Positions 9,891 through 19,700 of a DNA stretch of 64,000 nucleotides are shown piece by piece. Source of the stretch: Alphaproteobacteria bacterium (GTDB taxonomy: Bacteria > Pseudomonadota > Alphaproteobacteria > JAAXGF01); the NCBI GenBank assembly GCA_963555825.3, contig CAUVXB020000002.1:1312001-1376000 (forward strand). Reading direction: 5' to 3'. The translations under genes were made by a program, and so were the position numbers. Below the pieces are notes generated by a model. The model made no database searches, was not told where the DNA came from, and saw only the letters and a list, made by a program, of their open reading frames with translations. The stretch's first letter is position 1. The number at the start of each line of letters is the position of its first letter.

Positions 9891-11084
9891 ATGAGGCGAC
9901 GGCGGCGCGAGAACTGGGCGAACGAGCTGCTGATCAGGCTGTTTCCGCCGATCTTCGCGCTGATCTACGCGTTCTACTTCGGGCTCAGGCTGTTCAATTC
10001 CGACGGCGTCCTGGACTCGCAGGGCCGCATGCTCGGCTCGGACTTCACGATGTTCTGGCTGGCTTCGAACTTCGTGCTGGAGGGCGATATCGGCGCGGTC
10101 TACGACTGGGACCGGGTCGCTGGCGCCCAGCGCGCGCTGTTCGGCTATGAGCGCGGGCTCTACGCCTGGTCGTACCCGCCGATCTTCCTGCTCTATGCGC
10201 TGCCGCTGGCGTTGCTGCCCTATGCCTGGGCCTATGTCGCGTGGTGCGTCGCGACCTTCGCCGCGCTCGCCGCCGTGGTGCGCAAAATCGCGCCGGCGCG
10301 CGAGACGCTCTGGCTACTCGTGGGCTTCCCGGCGACGCTGGTCAACGGCGTGCACGGCCAGAACGGTTTCCTGACCGCGGCGCTGTTCGGCGGCGCGCTG
10401 AGCTTGATCAACAAGCGCCCGGTCGTCGCCGGCGTGCTGTTCGGCTTGCTTACCTACAAGCCGCAATTCGGCGTGCTGATCCCGGTCGCGCTCATTGCCG
10501 GGCGGTGTTGGACGGCGTTCGCCTCCGCGGCGGTCACCACCGTCGTGCTGCTTGGCGTAAGCACTGCCGGCTTCGGCGTCGAACCCTGGGTCGCGTTCTG
10601 GCACAACATGCCCGAGCTCTACCAGGCGGTGATCGAGGGCAGGCCGGCGCTGATCAACGTGCCCAGCCTGATGATCACGCTCCATCTGCTCGGCGTCGAC
10701 GACGGCGTCGCCCAAGCGTTCCACGTCGCCTTGGCGCTCGCCGTCGCCGCGGTCGTCGCCTGGGTCTGGTACGTGAGAGGCGCGACGGTGGCGAGCGCCG
10801 CGGTGCTCGCCACCGGCGCCTTCTTCGTGCCGCCGCACCCCTACGGCTACGACCTGGCGCTCTTGGCCGTGCCGATCGCGCTGATCGGCTGGGCGGCCTA
10901 TCGCGACGGCTTGCTGTGGGCCGAGCGCGAGGTGCTGGTGCTCGCCTGGCTGACGCCGATCCTGGTCTGGATCAGCGTGGCCGTGATCGGCGTGCAGATC
11001 GGCACCGCCTGCCTGCTCGCCGTGTTCGCGATCTGCGTGCGCCGGGCGCTCGCCGGTGGTGGCGACCACGATGCGCGGCTCTGA
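9891..11084 (+). CDS. GT87 / DUF2029 family membrane glycosyltransferase (paralog 1)
   Basis: SDFTMFW, WSYPP, HGQNGFL, YKPQFG, YDL; multiple TM segments. Confidence 0.85.
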   Translation: MRRRRRENWANELLIRLFPPIFALIYAFYFGLRLFNSDGVLDSQGRMLGSDFTMFWLASNFVLEGDIGAVYDWDRVAGAQRALFGYERGLYAWSYPPIFLLYALPLALLPYAWAYVAWCVATFAALAAVVRKIAPARETLWLLVGFPATLVNGVHGQNGFLTAALFGGALSLINKRPVVAGVLFGLLTYKPQFGVLIPVALIAGRCWTAFASAAVTTVVLLGVSTAGFGVEPWVAFWHNMPELYQAVIEGRPALINVPSLMITLHLLGVDDGVAQAFHVALALAVAAVVAWVWYVRGATVASAAVLATGAFFVPPHPYGYDLALLAVPIALIGWAAYRDGLLWAEREVLVLAWLTPILVWISVAVIGVQIGTACLLAVFAICVRRALAGGGDHDARL

Positions 11085-11155
11085 GGCTAAGAATGTTCGC
11101 CATTGCCGGCGTGGTGTAGGCTTGGGTGACGCAAATTCGGGGCGGTGGGGCGGCG

Positions 11156-12352
11156 ATGGCTGATCAGGCGCGGCGCGGCGACTGGGCGTATGGCGTGGCG
11201 ATACGCCTGTTTCCGCCGTTGTTCGTCGCGATATACGTCGCCTTCTTCGTCAAGCGGTTCTACACCTCGAGCGGCCTGTTGAGCGCGGTGGGCGATCCGG
11301 TCGCCTCCGATTTCACGATGTTCTGGATCGCCTCGGGGTTGATCCTCGACGGCGCCGCGGCGGCGGTCTTCGACTGGCCCGGGATGATGGCCGCCGAGCA
11401 CGCCCTGGTGCCCGGCATGTCGGGCGTGCTGGGTTGGTCGTACCCGCCGATCTTCATGCTCTACGTGGCGCCGTTGGCACTCGTCCCCTTCCTGTTGTCC
11501 TATGCGCTGTGGATCGCCGCGAGCTTCGCCGCGATGGCCGCGGTGATCCGCAAGATCGCGCCGGCGCGCCAGACGATTTGGCTGCTGCTCGGCTTTCCGG
11601 CGACGCTGATCTGCGCCGGCCACGGCCAGAACGGTTTTCTGACGGCGGCGCTGTTCGGTGGCGCGCTCATTCTGTTGAACAAGCGACCGGTCGTCGCCGG
11701 TGTGCTGATCGGCCTCTTGGCCTTCAAGCCGCAGTTCGGCCTGTTGATCCCGCTCGCGCTGTTGGCCGGGCGCCAGTGGACGGCGTTCGCCGCGGCGACC
11801 GTCACCACGGTCGTGCTGGTGGCCGGGACCGCCGCGCTGTTCGGACCCGAGACCTGGCTCGCGTTCTGGAACAACCTGGCGGTCATCAACCAGAAAATGG
11901 CCGAGGGCCACGTGCCGATCCTCAAGATGACCAGTCTGTTTGCAACGCTGCGCGTGCACGGTGTCGACGCCAGCATCGCTTATGCGCTGCATGGCGTGCT
12001 CGCCGCCGCCGTCGCCGCCGTCGTCGCCTGGGTGTGGCACCGCCGGCGCGCCACGGCGGGCAGTGCCGCGGTGCTCATCGTCGGCGCCCTGTTGGTCTCG
12101 CCGCATGTCTACGATTACGACCTGCCGGTGCTCGCCGTCGCCATCGCCTTGATCGGTTGGGCGGCGTATTCGAGCAAACCCCTGCCGGGCGAGCGCGCGG
12201 TGCTGGTGCTCGCCTGGTTAGCGCCGATGATGGTCTTGGCCAGCGTGACCTACGTCGGCGTCCAGTTCGGTACGGTCAGCCTGCTGATCGTCTTCGGCAT
12301 CGCCGTGCGGCGCGCGCTCACGCAATCGGACACGCTCGCCCCACCGATTTAG
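11156..12352 (+). CDS. GT87 / DUF2029 family membrane glycosyltransferase (paralog 2)
   Basis: Same motif set (SDFTMFW, WSYPP, GQNGFL, KPQFG, YDYDL). Confidence 0.85.
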   Translation: MADQARRGDWAYGVAIRLFPPLFVAIYVAFFVKRFYTSSGLLSAVGDPVASDFTMFWIASGLILDGAAAAVFDWPGMMAAEHALVPGMSGVLGWSYPPIFMLYVAPLALVPFLLSYALWIAASFAAMAAVIRKIAPARQTIWLLLGFPATLICAGHGQNGFLTAALFGGALILLNKRPVVAGVLIGLLAFKPQFGLLIPLALLAGRQWTAFAAATVTTVVLVAGTAALFGPETWLAFWNNLAVINQKMAEGHVPILKMTSLFATLRVHGVDASIAYALHGVLAAAVAAVVAWVWHRRRATAGSAAVLIVGALLVSPHVYDYDLPVLAVAIALIGWAAYSSKPLPGERAVLVLAWLAPMMVLASVTYVGVQFGTVSLLIVFGIAVRRALTQSDTLAPPI

Positions 12353-12520
12353 CGCACCATCTGATTGATCGGAACCGGTCAGATCCTACCAGCCTGCGAC
12401 CGCAGGCCGCCGACCGTTCGGCCAGTCCTTGTGGGATTAAGATTGGCCTTGTGGGATTAAGATTGGCCGTGTGGGATTAAGATTGGCCTTGTGGGATTAA
12501 GATTGGCCTTGTGGGATTAA

Positions 12521-13972
12521 TACCAGTGAGCGCCTGAATTGACTCTCGGGATATTCATTGATGGCGGATGATGGCGGATTGTGATTCTATGGTCTCCCAC
12601 CAGATGTGGGGGATGTCATGGGATCAGCACTCAAGATACGGGATGATTTGACGCCTTTGGAGCTTCGGCGCTGGGCTCGCGTGGAATCGTACGGTCGAGC
12701 GGCGGCGCGGGCCTATGGGATCGCGAATGCTTTGGAGGAGATGCCCCGGGCTGATGCCGCGCGGCTTGCGGGGATGGATCGCCAAACGCTTCGCGACGCG
12801 GTTGTTCGTTACAATGCAAAGGGATTGGAGGGGCTTCACGACCGTCCAAAGGGCTACTCGCCGCGGCGGCTGACGGCAGACGAGGAAGCGGCGCTGGCGG
12901 CGGTCATCATCGCCGGGCCGGAGCCTGAGCGCGACGGGGTTTGCGCCTGGACCCGGGCCGATCTGTGCCGCTGGCTGGAGGAGCGCTTCGCCAAGACCTA
13001 CCACCCCTCGAGCATGACCCGGGTTCTACGGCGGATGGGATTTTCCCGCCATGGATCGCCAAACGCTTCGCGACGCGGTTGTTCGTTACAATGCAAAGGG
13101 ATTGGAGGGGCTTCACGACCGTCCAAAGGGCTACTCGCCGCGGCGGCTGACGGCAGACGAGGAAGCGGCGCTGGCGGCGGTCATCATCGCCGGGCCGGAG
13201 CCTGAGCGCGACGGGGTTTGCGCCTGGACCCGGGCCGATCTGTGCCGCTGGCTGGAGGAGCGCTTCGCCAAGACCTACCACCCCTCGAGCATGACCCGGG
13301 TTCTACGGCGGATGGGATTTTCCCGCCAGAAGGCGCGCCCGAGCCACCCGCGAAGGGACGCCGAAGCGCAGGAGCGCTTCAAAAAAGGGGGCTTCGCGAC
13401 ATCCTGAAGGCGACCGCCGCGGCGCATCCCGACAAGCGCCTACAGCTGTGGTTTCAGGATGAAGCGCGCGTCGGCAACAAGGGCCGGGTGTGTCACCGGT
13501 GGTGGCCCAGGGGCGAGCGTGCCCCCGGGACGCGTCAAATCGGCTACCAGTGGGCCTACATCTTCTCCGCCGTGCGCCCGGACACCGGCGACGACGTCAC
13601 CCTGGTGATGCCGAGCGTCAATGCCAAGGTCATGGACCTGTTTCTCGCACACTTCGCCGATACCCTGGACCAGGATGCGCACGCCGTCATGATGTGCGAC
13701 GGCGCCGGTTGGCACGACGAGCGCGCCCTCACCGTCCCCGACAACGTCACCTTGGCGCTGTTGCCGCCTTACAGTCCCGAACTCAACCCCGTCGAGCGGG
13801 TTTGGCTCTACCTACGCGAACGCTTCCTATCGCTCCGCGTCCTCGACGACACCGAGGCCATCATCGACGCCTGTTGCCAAGCATGGATCGACCTCATCGC
13901 AGAACCGGATCGTATGCGAACCCTCTGCGCCTATCCATGGATCATGAAGGTGATTTCATAGGCTCACTGGTA
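12521..13972 (+). mobile_element. IS630-family insertion sequence with an internal 277-bp tandem duplication
   Basis: TIR TACCAGTGAGC / GCTCACTGGTA; TAA on both sides; 12774-13050 repeated at 13051-13327. Confidence 0.9.
12618..13961 (+). pseudogene. IS630 transposase (HTH + DDE), with a frameshift site and disruption by the internal duplication
   Basis: FQDEAR, DGAGWH, LPPYSPELNPVE; A6G5 slippery run at 13381-13391. Confidence 0.85.
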
Positions 13973-14080
13973 TAAGATTGGCCTTGTGGGATTAAGATTG
14001 GCTTGCGCGGCGATTGAGCGCAGGTCAGCTTTACGCGAGTCAAAGGTGACCGCACAAAAAGGGTCCCTGCACAACGCAAA

Positions 14081-14102
14081 GGAGGGGCCCGAAAGCCCCT
14101 CC
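14081..14102 (-). terminator. Probable intrinsic terminator of the pilin gene
   Basis: GGAGGGGC-loop-GCCCCTCC stem followed by a short T run on the minus strand. Confidence 0.55.
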
Positions 14103-14194
14103 CGAACGCACGGATGGCGCCTCGCGGCGCCATCCGGCATTTGCTGCCTGTGTTCGTCCCGTCCCGTACCGGGGCGGTCGAACCCGTCCGCCGA

Positions 14195-14374
14195 CTAAAT
14201 CTCGGACGAGATCGAGTTGAACAGAAGGCCGAGCTCGTCGCCGAGCAGGCCGACGGCCGCGATAATCGCGACGGCGATGCCGGCGGCGATCAGGCCGTAC
14301 TCAATCGCGGTGGCGCCGGACTCGTCCTTGAACGCCCGGAACTTCTCGATGGTCAAGACATAGAGCTTCAACAT
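14195..14374 (-). CDS. flp: Flp/Fap type IVc (Tad) pilin, 59 aa; absent from the ORF track
   Basis: MLKLYVLTIEKFRAFKDESGATAIEYGLIAAGIAVAIIAAVGLLGDELGLLFNSISSEI; G|ATAIEY cleavage/Flp motif; GAGGAG RBS. Confidence 0.92.
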   Translation of the reverse strand: MLKLYVLTIEKFRAFKDESGATAIEYGLIAAGIAVAIIAAVGLLGDELGLLFNSISSEI

Positions 14375-14509
14375 AACACTCTCCTCAATCGTTTATGTTA
14401 AACTCGCGTCCCGCACATCGAGACGCAGTTTCGAATAACCCGTGCAAAGCTGGCTCTTATGTACCGGGATCTTGGTGATCGAACAAGCTAGCATGGCTAC
14501 CTATAAAAC

Positions 14510-14526
14510 TTAGGGTTTTCCCTTAG
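14510..14526. promoter_or_regulatory. Near-palindromic site TTAGGGTTTTCCCTTAG in the flp / kinase divergent promoter region
   Basis: Dyad motif that recurs as the IS4 target site at 27412/28752. Confidence 0.4.
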
Positions 14527-14636
14527 TCGGCGGGGCGTAAATGGTACTATACTTTGGTTTCCTGATTGTCCCGCGCTGCGTTTCGACGCGCCGCCCTGGC
14601 GTGTTTTCCCCCTTCGAACAAAAACGGATCTGACAG

Positions 14637-16106
14637 ATGGCGGAACAAAGCGCCACATTCCGTGTCGGCAAGGCGAGCGGCGGCCTCCTCGTGCTCAGCG
14701 TGGCGATGGCGGCCGGCATCTTCGCATTCGACCTATCGCTGCCCTTGGACATCGCTGGCGGTGTGCCCTATGTCGCGCTGGTGCTGATCGGCCTGTGGCT
14801 GCCTTGGCGCCATTCGCTGCTCGTGCTCGCCGCGATCGGCAGCGCACTCACCTTCATCGGCTTCCTGTTCCCGGCGGAGATCGAATTTCCCTGGGCGGGC
14901 ATGCTCAATCGCGCGCTTGCGCTGCTGGCAATCTGGGCCGTGGCGGTGCTCGCGTTCGAGCGCAAGAAGTCGGAAGCCGCGCTCAACTCCAGCCGCCAGC
15001 TGCTGCGCACGGTGATCGACGCGGTGCCGGCGGCGATCAATGCCAAGGACACCGAAGGCCGCTATGTCTTCATGAACGCCTATCAGGCCGAGGCATTGGG
15101 TGTCGACACCGAAGGCGTGATCGGCCGGACGCCGGCAGACGTCGCCGGCGCGGCCTATGCGGCGTCGCTGCGCGCCGGCGACGCCCAGGTGATCTACGGC
15201 GGCTATGGGCGGGTTAACGAGGAGTTCAATTTCACGCCTTCGGGGGGTGAGCCGCAGACCTGGTTGATGACGCGCGCGCCGGTCTTCGACACGGCAGGCG
15301 AGGTCGGCCAGGTGGTCACCGTTGCGCTCGACGTCACCGAGCAGAAGAAGACCGAGGAACGCGCGCGCCAGCATCAGGCGGACCTTGCCCACGCGCTGCG
15401 CGTCAGTACCATGGGCGAGATGGTCGCGACCTTCGCACACGAGATCAACCAGCCGCTCGCCGCGGTGGTCAACTACGCGCGCGGCGCGATGCGCCGGGTG
15501 CGCGCCGGTTCGGTGGCGCCCGAGGAGCTGGTCGAGGTGTTCGAGCAGCTGAGCGGCCAGGCCGAGCGGGCCAGCGAGATCGTGCGCCGCGCGAGCCGCT
15601 TCGTGCGCACCAGTGATCTGACGCGCGTTTCCGCCGATATCAACCAGCTGGTCGACCGGGTAGCGTCGCTGACGCAGGCCGACGCACGCGGCAAGGGTGT
15701 CGCCATCGCATTCGATCTCGCCGAGAATCTTCCGTCGGTGCGCGTCGATACCCTGCAGGTCGAGCAGGTGGTGCTCAACCTGATACGCAACAGCATCGAG
15801 GCGATGGCCGACGCCGGGAGTCCCGACCCCACGCTCACCATCCGCACCGCGATGGCTGGCGATGCCGCGCTCGAGGTCGCGATCAGCGACCGCGGGCCGG
15901 GCATTCCAGACGATGTCGCGGATAAAATCCTCGAACCCTATTTCACGACCAAGCCGGAGGGCATGGGCATGGGGCTGTCGATCAGCCGCACCCTCGTCGA
16001 GGCCTATGGCGGCCGGCTCTGGGTGACGCGCAACGACGACGGCGGCGCCACCTTCCACTTCACGCTTCCGATCACCGAAGAGAACCAGGACGATGACGAT
16101 GGCTGA
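14637..16106 (+). CDS. Membrane PAS-domain sensor histidine kinase (FixL-like)
   Basis: TM region, PAS/PAC domain, H-box AHEINQPL, N-box NLIRNS, D.GPG, FTTK..GMGMGLS. Confidence 0.9.
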   Translation: MAEQSATFRVGKASGGLLVLSVAMAAGIFAFDLSLPLDIAGGVPYVALVLIGLWLPWRHSLLVLAAIGSALTFIGFLFPAEIEFPWAGMLNRALALLAIWAVAVLAFERKKSEAALNSSRQLLRTVIDAVPAAINAKDTEGRYVFMNAYQAEALGVDTEGVIGRTPADVAGAAYAASLRAGDAQVIYGGYGRVNEEFNFTPSGGEPQTWLMTRAPVFDTAGEVGQVVTVALDVTEQKKTEERARQHQADLAHALRVSTMGEMVATFAHEINQPLAAVVNYARGAMRRVRAGSVAPEELVEVFEQLSGQAERASEIVRRASRFVRTSDLTRVSADINQLVDRVASLTQADARGKGVAIAFDLAENLPSVRVDTLQVEQVVLNLIRNSIEAMADAGSPDPTLTIRTAMAGDAALEVAISDRGPGIPDDVADKILEPYFTTKPEGMGMGLSISRTLVEAYGGRLWVTRNDDGGATFHFTLPITEENQDDDDG

Positions 16107-16725
16107 GCAGGAATCGACTGTCTTCGTCGTCGACGACGACGATGCGGTCCGCGACTCGATGCGCTGGCTGGTCGAATCGATCGGCCTTCCGGTCGAGACC
16201 TACGCCAGCGCGCGCGAGTTTCTCGAGACCCACGATCTGAACCGGCCCGGCTGCCTGGTGCTTGACGTGCGCATGCCTGGCATGAGCGGCCTCGACCTGC
16301 AGGAGAAGCTCCACGAAAACGGCATCGTCATCCCGATTATCGTCGTCACCGGCCACGGCGACGTGCCGACCGCGGTGCGCGCGATCAAGGCCGGCGCCGT
16401 CGAGTTCATCGAGAAGCCGGTCAACGACCAGCTGCTGCTCGACACCATCCAGCGCTGTATCGAGAAGGACACCGAATATCGGCAGGAATCGGCGACACGC
16501 AGCGTAATCGCGGCGCGCTATATGTCGCTCACGCCGCGCGAGCGCGAGGTGATGGCACAGGTCGTCGCCGGTGAGCCGAACAAGATGATCGCGCGCAACC
16601 TCGATCTCAGCGCCAAGACGATCGAGGCCCACCGGGCCGCGGTGATGCGCAAGATGGAGGCCGATTCGCTCGCCAATCTGGTGCACATGGCGATCGCCTG
16701 CGAAGACCAGCAGGAGCAAGGCTGA
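16099..16725 (+). CDS. FixJ/LuxR-family response regulator
   Basis: VVDDD, LDVRMPGMSG, FIEKP, LTPREREV..GEPNKMIA HTH. Confidence 0.92.
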   Translation: MAEQESTVFVVDDDDAVRDSMRWLVESIGLPVETYASAREFLETHDLNRPGCLVLDVRMPGMSGLDLQEKLHENGIVIPIIVVTGHGDVPTAVRAIKAGAVEFIEKPVNDQLLLDTIQRCIEKDTEYRQESATRSVIAARYMSLTPREREVMAQVVAGEPNKMIARNLDLSAKTIEAHRAAVMRKMEADSLANLVHMAIACEDQQEQG

Positions 16726-16732
16726 AGTCGGC

Positions 16733-19700
16733 TTAAGGTTTGTTTACGGTGATCGCGGTGCCGGTGCTGTCGCCGTCCGGGTCGTGGTTGGCCGGCGCGT
16801 CGTATGTGAGCGTGGTGTCGGTCACGCCGCCCACCGTGAACGTCATGCTGGCGTTTCTCTTGCCGACCGAGCCACTCGTCACGCTGCACTGGCCGCCGGC
16901 GCCCGTGGTGCATGAATAATCGGCGCCCGAGAAACCGCCGCTCCAGTTTCCGCTCACCACGGCGTTGGCAACCGCTTGTTCTGCCGCGTCGTGCACCGTG
17001 ACGGTGACCGTCGCCTGCCATTGACCCTTCTGACCCGTCGCCGCGCCGTCGAGGTCGCCGACGTGCATCGTGTCGGACGGGTTGGGCGATAAGACGACGA
17101 CGGTCACCTGATCGGTGTCGGACGCCCCGCCGTCGTCGGTGACGGTCAGCGTGATGGTGTGAGCGCCGACGCCGAGCGTGACCGTCGGCGATGCGCCGGT
17201 CGCGATTGTCGAGCCGCCTTCCGACCACTCGTAGGCGACGATGTTGCCGTCCGAATCGGATGAGCCGGCGCCGTCAAGCGTGACCAATTCGCTCCCCGAG
17301 TCGTCGCTGTCGGTTACCGTCTGGTCCGTCCCCGCGTTGGCCGTCGGCGGTTGATTCGATGGCGTGCCGGACTGTGTGACGGTGATCGCCGTGCCCGAGC
17401 TGTCGCTGTCCGGGTCGTGATTGTCGGCGGCAACGTAACTGTTCGAGGCGAGGCTCACGTCCGTCACAGTGAAGGTCATGCCGTCGTTCTTCTTGTGGAC
17501 GTGCGCGCTTTCAACGCTGCACTGCCCGACCGCGTCGGTCACGCAGGCGCCATCACCCGAAGACGCGCCGCTCCACGAACCGCTTACGGTGGCGTTCGCG
17601 AGCGGACCTTCGTTGCCGTCGTGGACGGTGATCGTCACCGTAACCCACCACTGGTTCTTCTGCGTATCGGGCGCGCCATCGAGGTCACCGAGGTGCATGG
17701 TCGCCGCCCCGATAACGGTGACGTCCTGCGTCGCCGTACCGGTGTTGCCGGCGGCGTCGATGGCGCTCCAGGTGACCGTCGTGGTGCCAACGGGGAACGG
17801 CCCGGTGTCGTCCGCCGTCGGCGTCAACGCGCCGCCGACCAGGTCGCTCGCGCTCGCCGTGCCGAGGTCGACGTCGGTCAGCGTACCGGTCGACGGAACC
17901 GTCACGTCGGCCGGCCCGTCACCGCGGGCGCCGTGGTGTCGGCGACGGTGACCGTCTGGGTCGCGGAGGCGCTGTTGCCGGCCGCGTCGGTCGCGCTCCA
18001 GGTCACCACCGTCGCGCCGAGCGGGAACTGCGCCGGCGCGTCGCTGGTCGCCGCGACCGCGCCGTCGACCAGGTCGTCGGCGGTCGCCGCGCCGATCGAC
18101 ACCGTGGTCAGCGTGCCGGTCGCCTCGGCCGTCACGTCGGCCGGCGCCGTCACCGCGGGCGCCGTGGTGTCGGCGACGGTGACGGTCTGGGTCGCGGAGG
18201 CGCTGTTGCCGGCCGCGTCGGTCGCGCTCCAGGTCACCACCGTCGCGCCGAGCGGGAACTGCGCCGGCGCGTCGCTGGTCGCCGCGACCGCGCCGTCGAC
18301 CAGGTCATCGGCGGTCGCCGCGCCGAGCGACACCGTGGTCAGCGTGCCCGCGCCGTCGACCAGGCGCTGTTGCCGGCCGCGTCGGTCGCGCTCCAGGTCA
18401 CCACCGTCACTGCGCCGGCGCGTCGGCGGTCGACCAGGTCATCGGCGGTCGCCGCGCCGAGCGACACCGTGGTCAGCGTGCCGGTCGCCTCCGCCGTGAC
18501 GTCGGCCGGCGCCGTCACCGCGGGCGCCGTGCTGTCTGTGACGGTGACGGTCTGCGTCGCGGAGGCGCTGTTGCCGGCCGCGTCGGTCGCGCTCCAGGTC
18601 ACCACCGTCGCGCCGAGCGGGAACTGCGCCGGCGCGTCGCTGGTCGCCGCGACCGCGCTGTCGACCAGGTCATCGGCGGTCGCCGCGCCGAGCGACACCG
18701 TGGTCAGCGTGCCGGTCGCCTCCGCCGTGACGTCGGCCGGCGCCGTCACCGCGGGCGCCGTGCTGTCTGTGACGGTGACGGTCTGCGTCGCGGAGGCGCT
18801 GTTGCCGGCCGCGTCGGTCGCGCTCCAGGTCACCACCGTCGCGCCGAGCGGGAACTGCGCCGGCGCGTCGCTGGTCGCCGCGACCGCGCCGTCGACCAGG
18901 TCATCGGCGGTCGCCGCGCCGATCGACACCGTGGTCAGCGTGCCCGTCGCCTCCGCCGTGACGTCGGCCGGCGCCGTCACCGCGGGCGCCGTGGTGTCGG
19001 CGACGGTGACCGTCTGCGTCGCGGAGGCGCTGTTGCCGGCCGCGTCGGTCGCGCTCCAGGTGACGACGGTGACACCGACCGGGAACGGGCCGCTGTTGTC
19101 AGGCGTTGGGGTGAGACTGCCATCGACAAGGTCCGAGGCCGCCGCGCTGCCGAGGGCGACTTCGGTGAACTCCCCGGTCGCCTCGACGGTGACGTCGGCC
19201 GGCGGGCTGACCGTGGGCGGCGTCAAATCGGTAACGGTGACGTTCTGGCTTGCCGACCCCTCGTTGCCGGCCGTGTCGGTTGCGCTCCAGGTCACCGTCG
19301 TCAGGCCGACCAAGAATGGCCCGGTAATGTCGGGCGTCGGCGTAAGCGGCCCATCGACGTCGTCGAGCGCCGTCGCCGTGCCGAGCGAGACCGGCGTGGT
19401 CGGCCCGGTCGCCTCGGTCGTGATGTCGGCCGGTGGCGTGACGGTCGGCGAGCTGCTGTCTGTGACGGTGACCGTCTGGGTCGCGGTACCGACGTTGCTC
19501 GCGCTGTCGGTCGCGCTCCATGTGACGACGGTGACACCGACCGGGAACGGGCCGCTGTTGTCAGGCGTTGGGGTGAGACTGCCATCGACAAGGTCATCGG
19601 CGGTCGCCGCGCCGAGCGACACCGTGGTCAGCGTGCCGGTCGCCTCCGTCGTCACGTCGGCCGGCGCCGTCACCACGGGCGCCGTGGTGTCGGCGACGGT

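Larger units (their letters stand above)
12427..14001. repeat. 20-bp tandem repeat (CCTTGTGGGATTAAGATTGG, about 6 units) split by an IS630 element
   Basis: Units at 12427-12520 (4.7 copies, one with a T>G variant) resume at 13973-14001. Confidence 0.95.

Noticed and set aside
12427-12520. Possible CRISPR array
   Set aside because: The repeats are contiguous with no unique spacers, and there are no cas genes in the window.
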